A stretch of 64,000 bases of DNA from Eledone cirrhosa (Eukaryota), in NCBI GenBank assembly GCA_964016885.1, contig OZ024744.1:16740001-16804000 (forward strand), read 5' to 3'. The notes beneath the pieces are model-generated. The model worked only from the letters and a program-made list of their open reading frames with translations, made no database searches and was not told the origin of the DNA. Below are positions 28,201 through 42,477 of the stretch, in pieces (the first letter of the stretch is position 1; every line of letters starts with the position of its first letter). The translations under genes were made by a program, and so were the position numbers.

Positions 28201-31200
28201 AAAGTGTCCTGTGTTTATTGTAGTAACGTGTAAAGTGTACTGTTCACCTGAAGAATGTGTCCTGTGTTTACTGTAGTACTGTGTAAAGTGTACTGTTCAC
28301 CTGAAGAAAGTGTCCTGTGTTTACTGTAGTAACGTGTAAAGTGTACTGTTCACCTGAAGAATGTGTCCTGTGTTTACTGTAGTACTGTGTAAAGTGTACT
28401 GTTCACCTGAAGAAAGTGTCCTGTGTTTACTGTAGTAACGTGTAAAGTGTACTGTTCACCTGAAGAATGTGTCCTGTGTTTACTGTAGTACTGTGTAAAG
28501 TGTACTGTTCAGCTGAAGAATGTGTCCTGTGTTTACTGTAGTACTGTGTAAAGTGTACTGTTCACCTGAAGAATGTGTCCTGTGTTGACTGTAGTAACGT
28601 GTAAAGTGTACTGTTCACTTGAAGAATGTGTCCTGTGTTTACTGTAGTACTGTGTAAAGTGTAATTTTCACCTGAAGAATGTGTCCTGTGTTTTCTGTAG
28701 TACTGCGTAAAGTGTACTGTTCACCTGAAGAATGTGTCCTGTGTTTACTGTGGTACTGTGTAAAGTGTACTGTTCACTTGAAGAACGTGTCATGTGTTTA
28801 CTGTGGTACTGTGTAAAGTGTATTGTTCACATGAAGAATGTGTCCTGTGTTTACTGTATTACTGTGTAAAGTGTACTGTTCACCTGACGAATGTGTCCTG
28901 TGTTTACTGTAGTAATGTGTAAAGTGTGCTGCTCAGCTGAAGAATATGTCCTGTGTTTACTGTGGTACGGTGTAAAGTGTACTGTTCACCTGAAGAATAT
29001 GTCCCGTGTTTACTGTAGTACTGTGTAAAGTGTACTGTTCACCTGAAGTATGTGTCCTGTGTTTACTGTAGAACTGTGTAAAGTGTACTGTTCAGCTGAA
29101 GAATGTGTCCTGTGTTTACTGTAGTACTGTGTAAAGTGTACTGCTCAGCTGAAGAATGTGTCCTGTGTTTACTGTCGTACTGTGTAAAGTGTACTGTTCA
29201 GCTGAAAAATGTGTCCTGTGTTTGCTGCAGTACTGTGTAAAGTGTACAGTTCAGCTGAAGAATGTGTCTTGTTTTTACTGTAGTACTGTGTAAAGTGTTC
29301 TGTTCACCTGACGAACGTGTCCTGTGTTTATGGTAGTAATGTGTAAAGTGTACTGTTCACCTGAAGAATGTGTCCTGTGTTTAATGTAGTACTGTGTAAA
29401 GTGTACTGTTCACCTGAAGAATGTGTCCCCTGTTTACTGTAGTACTGTGTAAAGTGTACTGTTCAGCTGAAGAAAGTGTCCTGTGTTTACTGTAGTACTG
29501 TGTAACGTGTACTGTTCACCTGAAGAATGTGTCCTGTGTTTACTGTAGTACTGTGTATAGTGTACTGTTCACCTGCAGAAAGTGTCCTGTGTTTACTGTA
29601 GTAACGTGTAAAGTGTACTGTTCACCTGAAGAATATGTCCTGTGTTTACTGTAGTACTGTGTAAAGTGTACTGTTCACCTGAAGAATGTGTCCTGTGTTG
29701 ACTGTGGTACAGTGTAAAGGGTACTGTTCAGCTGAGGAATGTGTCCTGTGTTTACTGTAGTACTGTGTAAAGTGTACTGTTCAGCTGAAGAATGTGTCCT
29801 GTGTTTACTGTAGTACTGTGTAAAGTGTACTGTTCACCTGAAGAAAGTGCCTGTGTTGACTGTAGTACTGTGTAAAGTGTACTGTTCAGCTGAGGAATGT
29901 GTCCTGTGTTTACTGTAGTACTGTGTAAAGTGTACTGTTCAGCTGAGGAATGTGTCCTGTGTTTACTGTAGTAACGTGTAAAGTGTACTGTTCACCTGAA
30001 GAATGTGTCCTGTGTTTACTGTAGTACTGTGTAAAGTGTACTGTTCACCTGAAGAAAGTGTCCTGTGTTTATTGTAGTAACGTGTAAAGTGTACTGTTCA
30101 CCTGAAGAATGTGTCCTGTGTTTACTGTAGTACTGTGTAAAGTGTACTGTTCACCTGAAGAAAGTGTCCTGTGTTTACTGTAGTACTGTCTAAAGTGTAC
30201 TGTTCACCTGAAGAAAGTGTCCTGTGTTTATTGTAGTAACGTGTAAAGTGTACTGTTCACCTGAAGAATGTGTCCTTTGTTTACTGTAGTACTGTGTAAA
30301 GTGTACTGTTCACCTGAAGAATGTGTCCTGTGTTTACTGTAGTACTGTGTAAAGTGTACTGTTCACCTGAAGAAAGTGTCCTGTGTTTATTGTAGTAACG
30401 TGTAAAGTGTACCGTTCACCTGAAGAATCTGTCCTGTGTTTACTGTAGTACTGTGTATAGTGTACTGTTCACCTGCAGAAAGTGTCCTGTGTTTACTGTA
30501 GTAACGTGTAAAGTGTACTGTTCACCTGAAGAATATGTCCTGTGTTTACTGTAGTACTGTGTAAAGTGTACTGTTCACCTGAAGAATGTGTCCTGTGTTG
30601 ACTGTGGTACAGTGTAAAGGGTACTGTTCAGCTGAGGAATGTGTCCTGTGTTTACTGTAGTACTGTGTAAAGTGTACTGTTCAGCTGAAGAATGTGTCCT
30701 GTGTTTACTGTAGTACTCTGTAAAGTGTACTGTTCACCTGAAGAATGTGTCCTGTGTTTACTGTAGTACTGTGTAAAGTGTACTGTTCACCTGAAGAAAG
30801 TGTCCTGTGTTTACTGTAGTACTGTCTAAAGTGTACTGTTCAGCTGAAGAATGTGTCCTGTGTTTATTGTAGTAACGTGTAAAGTGTACTGTTCACCTGA
30901 AGAATGTGTCCTGTGTTTACTGTAGTACTGTGTAAAGTGTACTGTTCACCTGAAGAAAGTGTCCTGTGTTTACTGTAGTACTGTCTAAAGTGTACTGTTC
31001 ACCTGAAGAAAGTGTCCTGTGTTTATTGTAGTAACGTGTAAAGTGTACTGTTCACCTGAAGAATGTGTCCTTTGTTTACTGTAGTACTGTGTAAAGTGTA
31101 CTGTTCACCTGAAGAATGTGTCCTGTGTTTACTGTAGTACTGTGTAAAGTGTACTGTTCACCTGAAGAAAGTGTCCTGTGTTTATTGTAGTAACGTGTAA

Positions 31201-34200
31201 AGTGTACCGTTCACCTGAAGAATCTGTCCTGTGTTTACTGTAGTACTGTGTAAAGTGTACTGTTCACCTGAAGAAAGTGTCCTGTGTTTACTGTAGTAAC
31301 GTGTAAAGTGTACTGTTCACCTGAAGAATGTGTCCTGTGTTTACTGTAGTACTGTGTAAAGTGTACTGTTCACCTGAAAAATATGTCCTGTGTTTACTGT
31401 AGTACTGTGTAAAGTGTACTGTTCATCTGAAGAATATGTCCTGTGTTTACTGTAGTACTGTGTAAAGTATAATGTTTAGCTGAAGAAAGTGTCCTGTGTT
31501 TATTGTAGTAACGTGTAAAGTGTACCGTTCACCTGAAGAATCTGTCCTGTGTTTACTGTAGTACTGTGTAAAGTGTACTGTTCACCTGAAGAAAGTGTCC
31601 TGTGTTTACTGTAGTAACGTGTAAAGTGTACTGTTCACCTGAAGAATGTGTCCTGTGTTTACTGTAGTACTGTGTAAAGTGTACTGTTCACCTGAAAAAT
31701 ATGTCCTGTGTTTACTGTAGTACTGTGTAAAGTGTACTGTTCATCTGAAGAATATGTCCTGTGTTTACTGTAGTACTGTGTAAAGTATAATGTTTAGCTG
31801 AAGAAAGTGTCCTGTGTTTACTGTAGTACTGTGTAAAGTGTACTGTTCACCTGAAGAATGTGTCCTGTGTTTACTGTGGTACAGTGTAAAGTGTACTGTT
31901 CACCTGAAGAAAGTGTCCTGTGTTTACTGTAGTAACGTGTAAAGTGTACTGTTCACTTGAAGAATGTGTCCTGTGTTTACTGTAGTACTGTGTAAAGTGT
32001 ACTGTTCACCTGAAGAATGTGTCCTGTGTTTACTGTAGTACTGTCTAAAGTGTACTGTTCAGCTGAAGAATGTGTCCTGTGTTTACTGTAGTACTGTGTA
32101 AAGTGTACTGTTCACCTGAAGAATGTGTCCTGTGTTGACTGTAGTACTGTGTAAAGTGTATTGTTCACATGAAGAATGTGTCCTGTGTTTACTGTAGTAC
32201 TGTGTAAAGTGTACTGTTCACCTGACGAATGTGTCCTGTGTTGACTGTGGTACAGTGTAGAGGGTACTGTTCAGCTGAGGAATGTGTCCTGTGTTTACTG
32301 TAGTACTGTGTAAAGTGTACTGTTCAGTTGAAGAATGTGTCCTGTGTTTACTGTAGTACTGTGTAAAGTGTACTGTTCACCTGAAGAAAGTGCCTGTGTT
32401 GACTGTAGTACTGTGTAAAGTGTACTGTTCAGCTGAGGAATGTGTCCTGTGTTTACTGTAGTACTGTGTAAAGTGTACTGTTCAGCTGAGGAATGTGTCC
32501 TGTGTTTACTGTAGTACTGTGTAAAGTGTACTATTCACCTGAGGAATGTGTACTGTGTTTACTGTAGTACTGTGTAAAGTGTACTGTTCACCTGAAGAAA
32601 GTGTCCTGTGTTTATTGTAGTACTGTGTAAAGTGTACTGTTCACCTGAAGAATGTGTCCTGTGTTTACTGTAGTACTGTGTAACGTGTACTGTTCACCTG
32701 AAGAAAGTGTCCTGTGTTTACTGTAGTAACGTGTAAAGTGTACTGTTCACCGGAAGAATGTGTCCTGTGTTTACTGTAGTACTGTGTAAAGTGTACTGTT
32801 CACCTGAAGAAAGTGTCCTGTGTTTATTGTAGTAACGTGTAAAGTGTACTGTTCACCTGAAGAATGTGTCCTGTGTTTACTGTAGTACTGTGTAAAGTGT
32901 ACTGTTCACCTGAAGAAAGTGTCCTGTGTTTACTGTAGTAACGTGTAAAGTGTACTGTTCACCTGAAGAATGTGTCCTGTGTTTACTGTAGTACTGTCTA
33001 AAGTGTACTGTTCACCTGAAGAAAGTGTCCTGTGTTTATTGTAGTAACGTGTAAAGTGTACTGTTCACCTGAAGAATGTGTCCTGTGTTTACTGTAGTAC
33101 TGTGTAAAGTGTACTGTTCACCTAAAGAATGTGTCCTGTGTTTACTGTAGTACTGTGTAAAGTGTACTGTTCACCTGAAGAAAGTGTCCTGTGTTTATTG
33201 TAGTAACGTGTAAAGTGTACCGTTCACCTGAAGAATGTGTCCTGTGTTTACTGTAGTACTGTGTAAAGTGTACTGTTCACCTGAAGAAAGTGTCCTGTGT
33301 TTACTGTAGTAACGTGTAAAGTGTACTGTTCACCTGAAGAATGTGTCCTGTGTTTACTGTAGTACTGTGTAAAGTGTACTGTTCACCTGAAGAATGTGTC
33401 CTGTGTTTACTGTAGTACTGTGTAAAGTGTACTGTTCACCTGAAGAAAGTGTCCTGTGTTTATTGTAGTAACGTGTAAAGTGTACTGTTCACCTGAAGAA
33501 TGTGTCCTGTGTTTACTGTAGTACTGTCTAAAGTGTACTGTTCACCTGAAGAAAGTGTCCTGTGTTTATTGTAGTAACGTGTAAAGTGTACTGTTCACCT
33601 GAAGAATGTATCCTGTGTTTACTGTAGTACTGTGTAAAGTGTACTGTTAACCTGAAGAATGTGTCCTGTGTTTAATGTAGTACTGTGTAAAGTGTACTGT
33701 TCAACTGAACAATGTGTCCTGTGTTTACTGTAGTACTGTGTAAAGTGTACTGTTCACCTGAAGAAAGTTTCCTGTGTTGACTGTAGTACTGTGTAAAGTG
33801 TACTGTTCAGCTGAGGAATGTGTCCTGTGTTTACTGTAGTACTGTGTAAAGTGTACTGTTCAGCTGAAGAATGTGTCCTGTGTTTACTGTAGTACTGTGT
33901 AAAGTGTACTGTTCACCTGAAGAAAGTGTCCTGTGTTTATTGTAGTAACGTGTAAAGTGCACTGTTCACCTGAAGAATGTGTCCTGTGTTTAATGTAGTA
34001 CTGTGTAAAGTGTATTGTTCACATGAAGAATGTGTCCTGTGTTTACTGTAGTACTGTGTAAAGTGTACTGTTCACCTGAAGAAAGTGTCCTGTGTTTACT
34101 GTAGTAACGTGTAAAGTGTACTGTTCACCTGAAGAATGTGTCCTGTGTTTACTGTAGTACTGTGTAAAGTGTACTGTTCACCTGAAGAATGTGTCCTGTG

Positions 34201-37200
34201 TTTACTGTAGTACTGTGTAAAGTGTACTGTTCACCTGAAGAAAGTGTCCAGTGTTTACTGTAGTAACGTGTAAAGTGTACTGTTCACCTGAAGAATGTGT
34301 CCTGTGTTTACTGTAGTACTGTATAAAGTGTACTGTTCACCTGAAGAAAGTGTCCTGTGTTTACTGTAGTAACGTGTAAAGTGTACTGTTCACCTGAAGA
34401 ATGTGTCCTGTGTTTACTGTAGTACTGTGTAAAGTGTACTGTTCACCTGAAGAAAGTGTCCTGTGTTTACTGTAGTAACGTGTAAAGTGTACTGTTCACC
34501 CAAAGAATGTGTCCTGTATTTACTGTAGTACTGTGTAAAGTGTACTGTTCAGCTGAAGAAAGTGTCCTGTGTTTACTGTAGTAACGTGTAAAGTGTATTG
34601 TTCACCTGAAGAATGTGTCCTGTGTTTACTGTAGTACTGTGTAAAGTGTACTGTTCACCTGAAGAAAGTGTCCTGTGTTTACTGTAGTAACGTGTAAAGT
34701 GTACTGTTCACCTGAAGAATGTGTCCTGTGTTGACTGTAGTACAGTGTAAAGGGTACTGTTCAGCTGAGGAATGTGTCCTGTGTTTACTGTAGTACTGTG
34801 TAAAGTGTACTGTTCAGCTGAAGAATGTGTCCTGTGTTTACTGTAGTACTGTGTAAAGTGTACTGTTCACCTGAAAAAAGTGTCCTGTGTTGACTCTAGT
34901 ACTGTGTAAAGTGTACTGTTCAGCTGAGGAATGTGTCCTGTGTTTACTGTAGTACTGTGTAAAGTGTACTGTTCAGCTGAAGAATGTGTCCTGTATTTAC
35001 TGTAGTACTGTGTAAAGTGTACTATTCACCTGAGGAATGTGTCCTGTGTTTACTGTAGTACTGTGTAAAGTGTACTGTTCACCTGAAGAATGTGTCCTGT
35101 GTTTACTGTAGTACTGTGTAAAGTGTACTGTTCACCTGAAGAAAGTGTCCTGTGTATACTGTAGTAACGTGTAAAGTGTACTGTTCACCTGAAGAATGTG
35201 TCCTGTGTTTACTGTAGTACTGTGTAAAGTGTACTGTTCACCTGAAGAAAGTGTCCTGTGTTTATTGTAGTAACGTGTAAAGTGTACTGTTCACCTGAAG
35301 AATGTGTCCTGTGTTTACTGTAGTACTGTGTAAAGTGTACTGTTCACCTGAAGAAAGTGTCCTGTGTTTATTGTAGTAACGTGTAAAGTGTACTGTTCAC
35401 CTGAAGAATGTGTCCTGTGTTTACTGTAGTACTGTGTAAAGTGTATTGTTCACATGAAGAATGTGTCCTGTGTTTACTGTAGTACTGTGTAAAGTGTACT
35501 GCTCACCTGAAGAAAGTGTCCTGTGTTTACTGTAGTAACGTGTAAAGTGTACTGTTCACCTGAAGAATGTGTCCTGTGTTTACTGTAGTACTGTGTAAAG
35601 TGTACTGTTCACCTGAAGAATGTGTCCTGTGTTTACTGTAGTACTGTGTAAAGTGTACTGTTCACCTGAAGAAAGTGTCCTGTGTTTACTGTAGTAACGT
35701 GTAAAGTGTACTGTTCACCTGAAGAATGTGTCCTGTGTTTACTGTAGTACTGTGTAAAGTGTACTGTTCACCTGAAAAAAGTGTCCTGTGTTTACTGTAG
35801 TAACGTGTAAAGTGTACTGTTCACCTGAAGAATGTGTCCTGTGTTTACTGTAGTACTGTGTAAAGTGTACTGTTCACCTGAAGAATGTGTCCTGTGTTTA
35901 CTGTAGTACTGTGTAAAGTGTACTGTTCACCTGAAGAAAGTGTCCTGTGTTTACTGTAGTAACGTGTAAAGTGTACTGTTCACCTGAAGAATGTGTCCTG
36001 TGTTTACTGTAGTACCGTGTAAAGTGTACTGTTCACCTGAAGAAAGTGTCCTGTGTTTACTGTAGTAACGTGTAAAGTGTACTGTTCACCCGAAGTATGC
36101 GTCCTGTATTTACTGTAGTACTGTGTAAAGTGTACTGTTCACCTGAAGAAAGTGTCCTGTGTTTACTGTAGTAACGTGTAAAGTGTACTGTTCACCTGAA
36201 GAATGTGTCCTGTGTTTACTGTAGTACTGTGTATAGTGTACTGTTCACCTGAAGAAAGTGTCCTGTGTTTATTGTAGTAACGTGTAAAGTGTACTGTTCA
36301 CCTGAACAATGTGTCCTGTGTTTACTGTAGTACTGTGTAAAGTGTACTGTTCACCTGAAGAATGTGTCCTGTGTTTACTGTAGTACTGTGTAAAGTGTAC
36401 TGTTCACCTGAAGAAAGTGTCCTGTGTTTACTGTAGTAACGTGTAAAGTGTACTGTTCACCTGAAGATTGTGTCCTGTGTTTACTGTAGTACTGTGTAAA
36501 GTGTACTGTTCACCTGAAGAATGTGTCCTGTGTTGACTGTAGTACAGTGTAAAGGGTACTGTTGAGCTGAGGAATGTGTCCTGTGTTTACTGTAGTACTG
36601 TGTAAAGTGTACTGTTCAGCTGAACAATGTGTCCTGTGTTTACTGTAGTACTGTGTAAAGTGTACTGTTCACCTGAAGAAAGTGTCCTGTGTTGACTGTA
36701 GTACTGTGTAAAGTGTACTGTTCAGCTGAGGAATGTGTCCTGTGTTTACTGTAGTACTGTGTAAAGTGTACTGTTCAGCTGAAGAATGTGTCCTGTGTTT
36801 ACTGTAGTACTGTGTAAAGTGTACTATTCACCTGAGGAATGTGTCCTGTGTTTACTGTAGTACTGTGTAAAGTGTACTGTTCACCTGAAGAATGTGTCCT
36901 GTGTTTACTGTAGTACTGTGTAAAGTGTACTGTTCACCTGAAGAAAGTGTCCTGTGTTTACTGTAGTAACGTGTAAAGTGTACTGTTCACCTGAAGAATG
37001 TGTCCTGTGTTTACTGTAGTACTGTGTAAAGTGTACTGTTCACCTGAAGAAAATGTCCTGTGTTTATTGTAGTAACGTGTAAAGTGTACTGTTCACCTGA
37101 AGAATGTGTCCTGTGTTTACTGTAGTACTGTGTAAAGTGTACTGTTCACCTGAAGAAAGTGTCCTGTGTTTACTGTAGAAACGTGTAAAGTGTACTGTTC

Positions 37201-40200
37201 ACCTGAAGAATGTGTCCTGTGTTTACTGTAGTACTGTGTAAAGTGTACTGTTCACCTGAAGAAAGTGTCCTGTGTTTATTGTAGTAACGTGTAAAGTGTA
37301 CTGTTCACCTGAAGAATGTGTCCTGTGTTTACTGTAGTACTGTGTAAAGTGTACTATTCACCTGAAGAAAGTGTCCTGTGTTTACTGTAGTAACGTGTAA
37401 AGTGTACTGTTCACCTGAAGAATGTGTCCTGTGTTTACTGTAGTACTGTGTAAAGTGTACTGTTCACCTGAACAATGTGTCCTGTGTTTACTGTAGTACT
37501 GTGTAAAGTGTACTGTTCACCTGAAGAATGTGTCCTGTGTTTACTGTAGTACTGTGTAAAGTGTACTGTTCACCTGAAGAAAGTGTCCTGTGTTTACTGT
37601 AGTAACGTGTAAAGTGTACTGTTCACCTGAAGAATGTGTCCTGTGTTTACTGTAGTACTGTGTAAAGTGTACTGTCCACCTGACGAAAGTGTCCTGTGTT
37701 TACTGTAGTAACGTGTAAAGTGTACTGTTCACCTGAAGAATGTGTCCCGTGTTTACTGTAGTACTGTGTAAAGTGTACTGTTCACCTGAAGAATGTGTCC
37801 TGTGTTTACTGTAGTACTGTGTAAAGTGTACTGTTCACCTGAAGAAAGTGTCCTGTGTTTATTGTAGTAACGTGTAAAGTGTACTGTTCACCTGAAGAAT
37901 GTGTCCTGTGTTTACTGTAGTACTGTGTAATGTGTACTGTTCACCTGAAGAAAGTGTCCTGTGTTTATTGTAGTAACGTGTAAAGTGTACTGTTCACCTG
38001 AAGAATGTGTCCTGTGTTTACTGTAGTACTGTGTAAAGTGTACTGTTCACCTGAAGAAAGTGTCCTGTGTTTATTGTAGTAACGTGTAAAGTGTACTGTT
38101 CACCTGAAGAATGTGTCCTGTGTTTACTGTAGTACTGTGTAAAGTGTACTGTTCACCTGAAGAAAGTGTCCTGTGTTTACTGTAGTAACGTGTAAAGTGT
38201 ACTGTTCACCTGAAGAATGTGTCCTGTGTTTACTGTAGTACTGTGTAAAGTGTACTGTTCACCTGAAGAAAGTGTCCTGTGTTTACTGTAGTAACGTGTA
38301 AAGTGTACTGTTCACCTGAAGAATGTGTCCTGTGTTTACTGTAGTACTGTGTAAAGTGTACTGTTCACCTGAAGAAAGTGTCCTGTGTTTATTGTAGTAA
38401 CGTGTAAAGTGTACTGTTCACCTGAAGAATGTGTCCTGTGTTTACTGTAGTACTGTGTAAAGTGTACTGTTCACCTGAAGAAAGTGTCCTGTGTTTACTG
38501 TAGTAACGTGTAAAGTGTACTGTTCACCTGAAGAATGTGTCCTGTGTTTACTGTAGTACTGTGTAAAGTGTACTGTTCACCTGAAGAAAGTGTCCTGTGT
38601 TTACTGTAGTAACGTGTAAAGTGTACTGTTCACCTGAAGAATGTGTCCTGTGTTTACTGTAGTACTGTGTAAAGTGTACTGTTCACCTGAAGAAAGTGTC
38701 CTCTGTTTATTGTAGTAACGTGTAAAGTGTACTGTTCACCTGAAGAATGTGTCCTGTGTTTACTGTAGTACTGTGTAAAGTGTACTGTTCACCTGAAGAA
38801 AGTGTCCTGTGTTTACTGTAGTAACGTGTAAAGTGTACTGTTCACCTGAAGAATGTGTCCTGTGTTTACTGTAGTACTGTGTAAAGTGTACTGTTCACCT
38901 GAAGAAAGTGTCCTGTGTTTATTGTAGTAACGTGTAAAGTGTACTGTTCACCTGAACAATGTGTCCTGTGTTTACTGTAGTACTGTGTAAGGTGTACTGT
39001 TCACCTGAAGAATGTGTCCTGTGTTTACTGTAGTACTGTGTAAAGTGTACTGTTCACCTGAAGAAAGTGTCCTGTGTTTACTGTAGTAACGTGTAAAGTG
39101 TACTGTTCACCTGAAGAATGTGTCCTGTGTTTACTGTAGTACTGTGTAAAGTGTACTGTTGACCTGAAGAATGTGTCCTGTGTTTACTGTAGTACTGCGT
39201 AAAGTGTACTGTTCACCTGAAGAATGTGTCCTGTGTTTATTGTAGTAATGTGTAAATTATACTGTTCACCTGAAGAATGTGTCCTGTGTAAAGTGTACTG
39301 TTCACCTGAAGAATGTGTCCTGTGTTTACTGTGGTACTATGTAAAGTGTACTATTCACCTGAAAAATGTGTCCTGTGTTTACTGTAGTAATGTGTAAAGT
39401 GTACAGTTAACCTGAAAAATGTGTCCTGTGTTTACTGTGGTACTGTGTAAAGTGTACTGTTCACCTGAAGAATGTGTCCTGTGTTTGCTGTAGTAATGTG
39501 TAAAGTGTACTGTTCACCTGAAGAATGTGTCCTGTGTTTACTGTGGTACTGTGTAAAGTGTACTGTTCACCTGAAGCATGTGTCCTGTGTTTACTGTAGT
39601 AATGTGTAAAGTGTACTGTTCACCTGAAGAATATGTCCTGTGTTTACTGTAGTACTGTGTAAAGTGTACTGTTCATCTGAAGAATATGTCCTGTGTTTAC
39701 TGTAGTACTGTGTAAAGTATAATGTTTAGCTGAAGAAAGTGTCCTGTGTTTACTGTAGTACTGTGTAAAGTGTACTGTTCACCTGAAGAATGTGTCCTGT
39801 GTTTACTGTGGTACAGTGTAAAGTGTACTGTTCACCTGAAGAAAGTGTCCTGTATTTACTGTAGTAACGTGTAAAGTGTACTGTTCACTTGAAGAATGTG
39901 TCCTGTGTTTACTGTAGTACTGTGTAAAGTGTACTGTTCACCTGAAGAATGTGTCCTGTGTTTACTGTAGTACTGTGTAAAGTGTACTGTTCAGCTGAAG
40001 AATGTGTCCTGTGTTTACTGTAGTACTGTGTAAAGTGTACTGTTCACCTGAAGAATGTGTCCTGTGTTGACTGTAGTAACGTGTAAAGTGTACTGTTCAC
40101 TTGAAGAATGTGTCCTGTGTTTACTGTAGTACTGTGTAAAGTGTAATTTTCACCTGAAGAATGTGTCCTGTGTTTTCTGTAGTACTGCGTAAAGTGTACT

Positions 40201-42477
40201 GTTCACCTGAAGAATGTGTCCTGTGTTTACTGTGGTACTGTGTAAAGTGTACTGTTCACTTGAAGAACGTGTCATGTGTTTACTGTGGTACTGTGTAAAG
40301 TGTATTGTTCACATGAAGAATGTGTCCTGTGTTTACTGTATTACTGTGTAAAGTGTACTGTTCACCTGACGAATGTGTCCTGTGTTTACTGTAGTAATGT
40401 GTAAAGTGTGCTGCTCAGCTGAAGAATATGTCCTGTGTTTACTGTGGTACGGTGTAAAGTGTACTGTTCACCTGAAGAATATGTCCCGTGTTTACTGTAG
40501 TACTGTGTAAAGTGTACTGTTCACCTGAAGTATGTGTCCTGTGTTTACTGTAGAACTGTGTAAAGTGTACTGTTCAGCTGAAGAATGTGTCCTGTGTTTA
40601 CTGTAGTACTGTGTAAAGTGTACTGCTCAGCTGAAGAATGTGTCCTGTGTTTACTGTCGTACTGTGTAAAGTGTACTGTTCAGCTGAAAAATGTGTCCTG
40701 TGTTTGCTGCAGTACTGTGTAAAGTGTACAGTTCAGCTGAAGAATGTGTCTTGTTTTTACTGTGGTACTGTGTAAAGTGTTCTGTTCACCTGACGAACGT
40801 GTCCTGTGTTTATGGTAGTAATGTGTAAAGTGTACTGTTCACCTGAAGAATGTGTCCTGTGTTTAATGTAGTACTGTGTAAAGTGTACTGTTCACCTGAA
40901 GAATGTGTCCCCTGTTTACTGTAGTACTGTGTAAAGTGTACTGTTCAGCTGAAGAAAGTGTCCTGTGTTTACTGTAGTACTGTGTAACGTGTACTGTTCA
41001 CCTGAAGAATGTGTCCTGTGTTTACTGTAGTACTGTGTATAGTGTACTGTTCACCTGCAGAAAGTGTCCTGTGTTTACTGTAGTAACGTGTAAAGTGTAC
41101 TGTTCACCTGAAGAATATGTCCTGTGTTTACTGTAGTACTGTGTAAAGTGTACTGTTCACCTGAAGAATGTGTCCTGTGTTGACTGTGGTACAGTGTAAA
41201 GGGTACTGTTCAGCTGAGGAATGTGTCCTGTGTTTACTGTAGTACTGTGTAAAGTGTACTGTTCAGCTGAAGAATATGTCCTGTGTTTACTGTAGTACTG
41301 TGTAAAGTGTACTGTTCACCTGAAGAAAGTGCCTGTGTTGACTGTAGTACTGTGTAAAGTGTACTGTTCAGCTGAGGAATGTGTCCTGTGTTTACTGTAG
41401 TACTGTGTAAAGTGTACTGTTCAGCTGAGGAATGTGTCCTGTGTTTACTGTAGTACTGTGTAAAGTGTACTATTCACCTGAGGAATGTGTCCTGTGTTTA
41501 CTGTAGTACTGTGTAAAGTGTACTGTTCACCTGAAAAAAGTGTCCTGTGTTTACTGTAGTAACGTGTAAAGTGTACTGTTCACCTGAAGAATGTGTCCTG
41601 TGTTTACTGTAGTACTGTGTAAAGTGTACTGTTCACCTGAAGAAAGTGTCCTGTGTTTATTGTAGTAACGTGTAAAGTGTACTGTTCACCTGAAGAATGT
41701 GTCCTGTGTTTACTGTAGTACTGTGTAAAGTGTACTGTTCACCTGAAGAAAGTGTCCTGTGTTTACTGTAGTAACGTGTAAAGTGTACTGTTCACCTGAA
41801 GAATGTGTCCTGTGTTTACTGTAGTACTGTCTAAAGTGTACTGTTCACCTGAAGAAAGTGTCCTGTGTTTATTGTAGTAACGTGTAAAGTGTACTGTTCA
41901 CCTGAAGAATGTGTCCTTTGTTTACTGTAGTACTGTGTAAAGTGTACTGTTCACCTGAAGAATGTGTCCTGTGTTTACTGTAGTACTGTGTAAAGTGTAC
42001 TGTTCACCTGAAGAAAGTGTCCTGTGTTTATTGTAGTAACGTGTAAAGTGTACCGTTCACCTGAAGAATCTGTCCTGTGTTTACTGTAGTACTGTGTAAA
42101 GTGTACTGTTCACCTGAAGAAAGTGTCCTGTGTTTACTGTAGTAACGTGTAAAGTGTACTGTTCACCTGAAGAATGTGTCCTGTGTTTACTGTAGTACTG
42201 TGTAAAGTGTACTGTTCACCTGAAAAATATGTCCTGTGTTTACTGTAGTACTGTGTAAAGTGTACTGTTCATCTGAAGAATATGTCCTGTGTTTACTGTA
42301 GTACTGTGTAAAGTATAATGTTTAGCTGAAGAAAGTGTCCTGTGTTTATTGTAGTAACGTGTAAAGTGTACCGTTCACCTGAAGAATCTGTCCTGTGTTT
42401 ACTGTAGTACTGTGTAAAGTGTACTGTTCACCTGAAGAAAGTGTCCTGTGTTTACTGTAGTAACGTGTAAAGTGTAC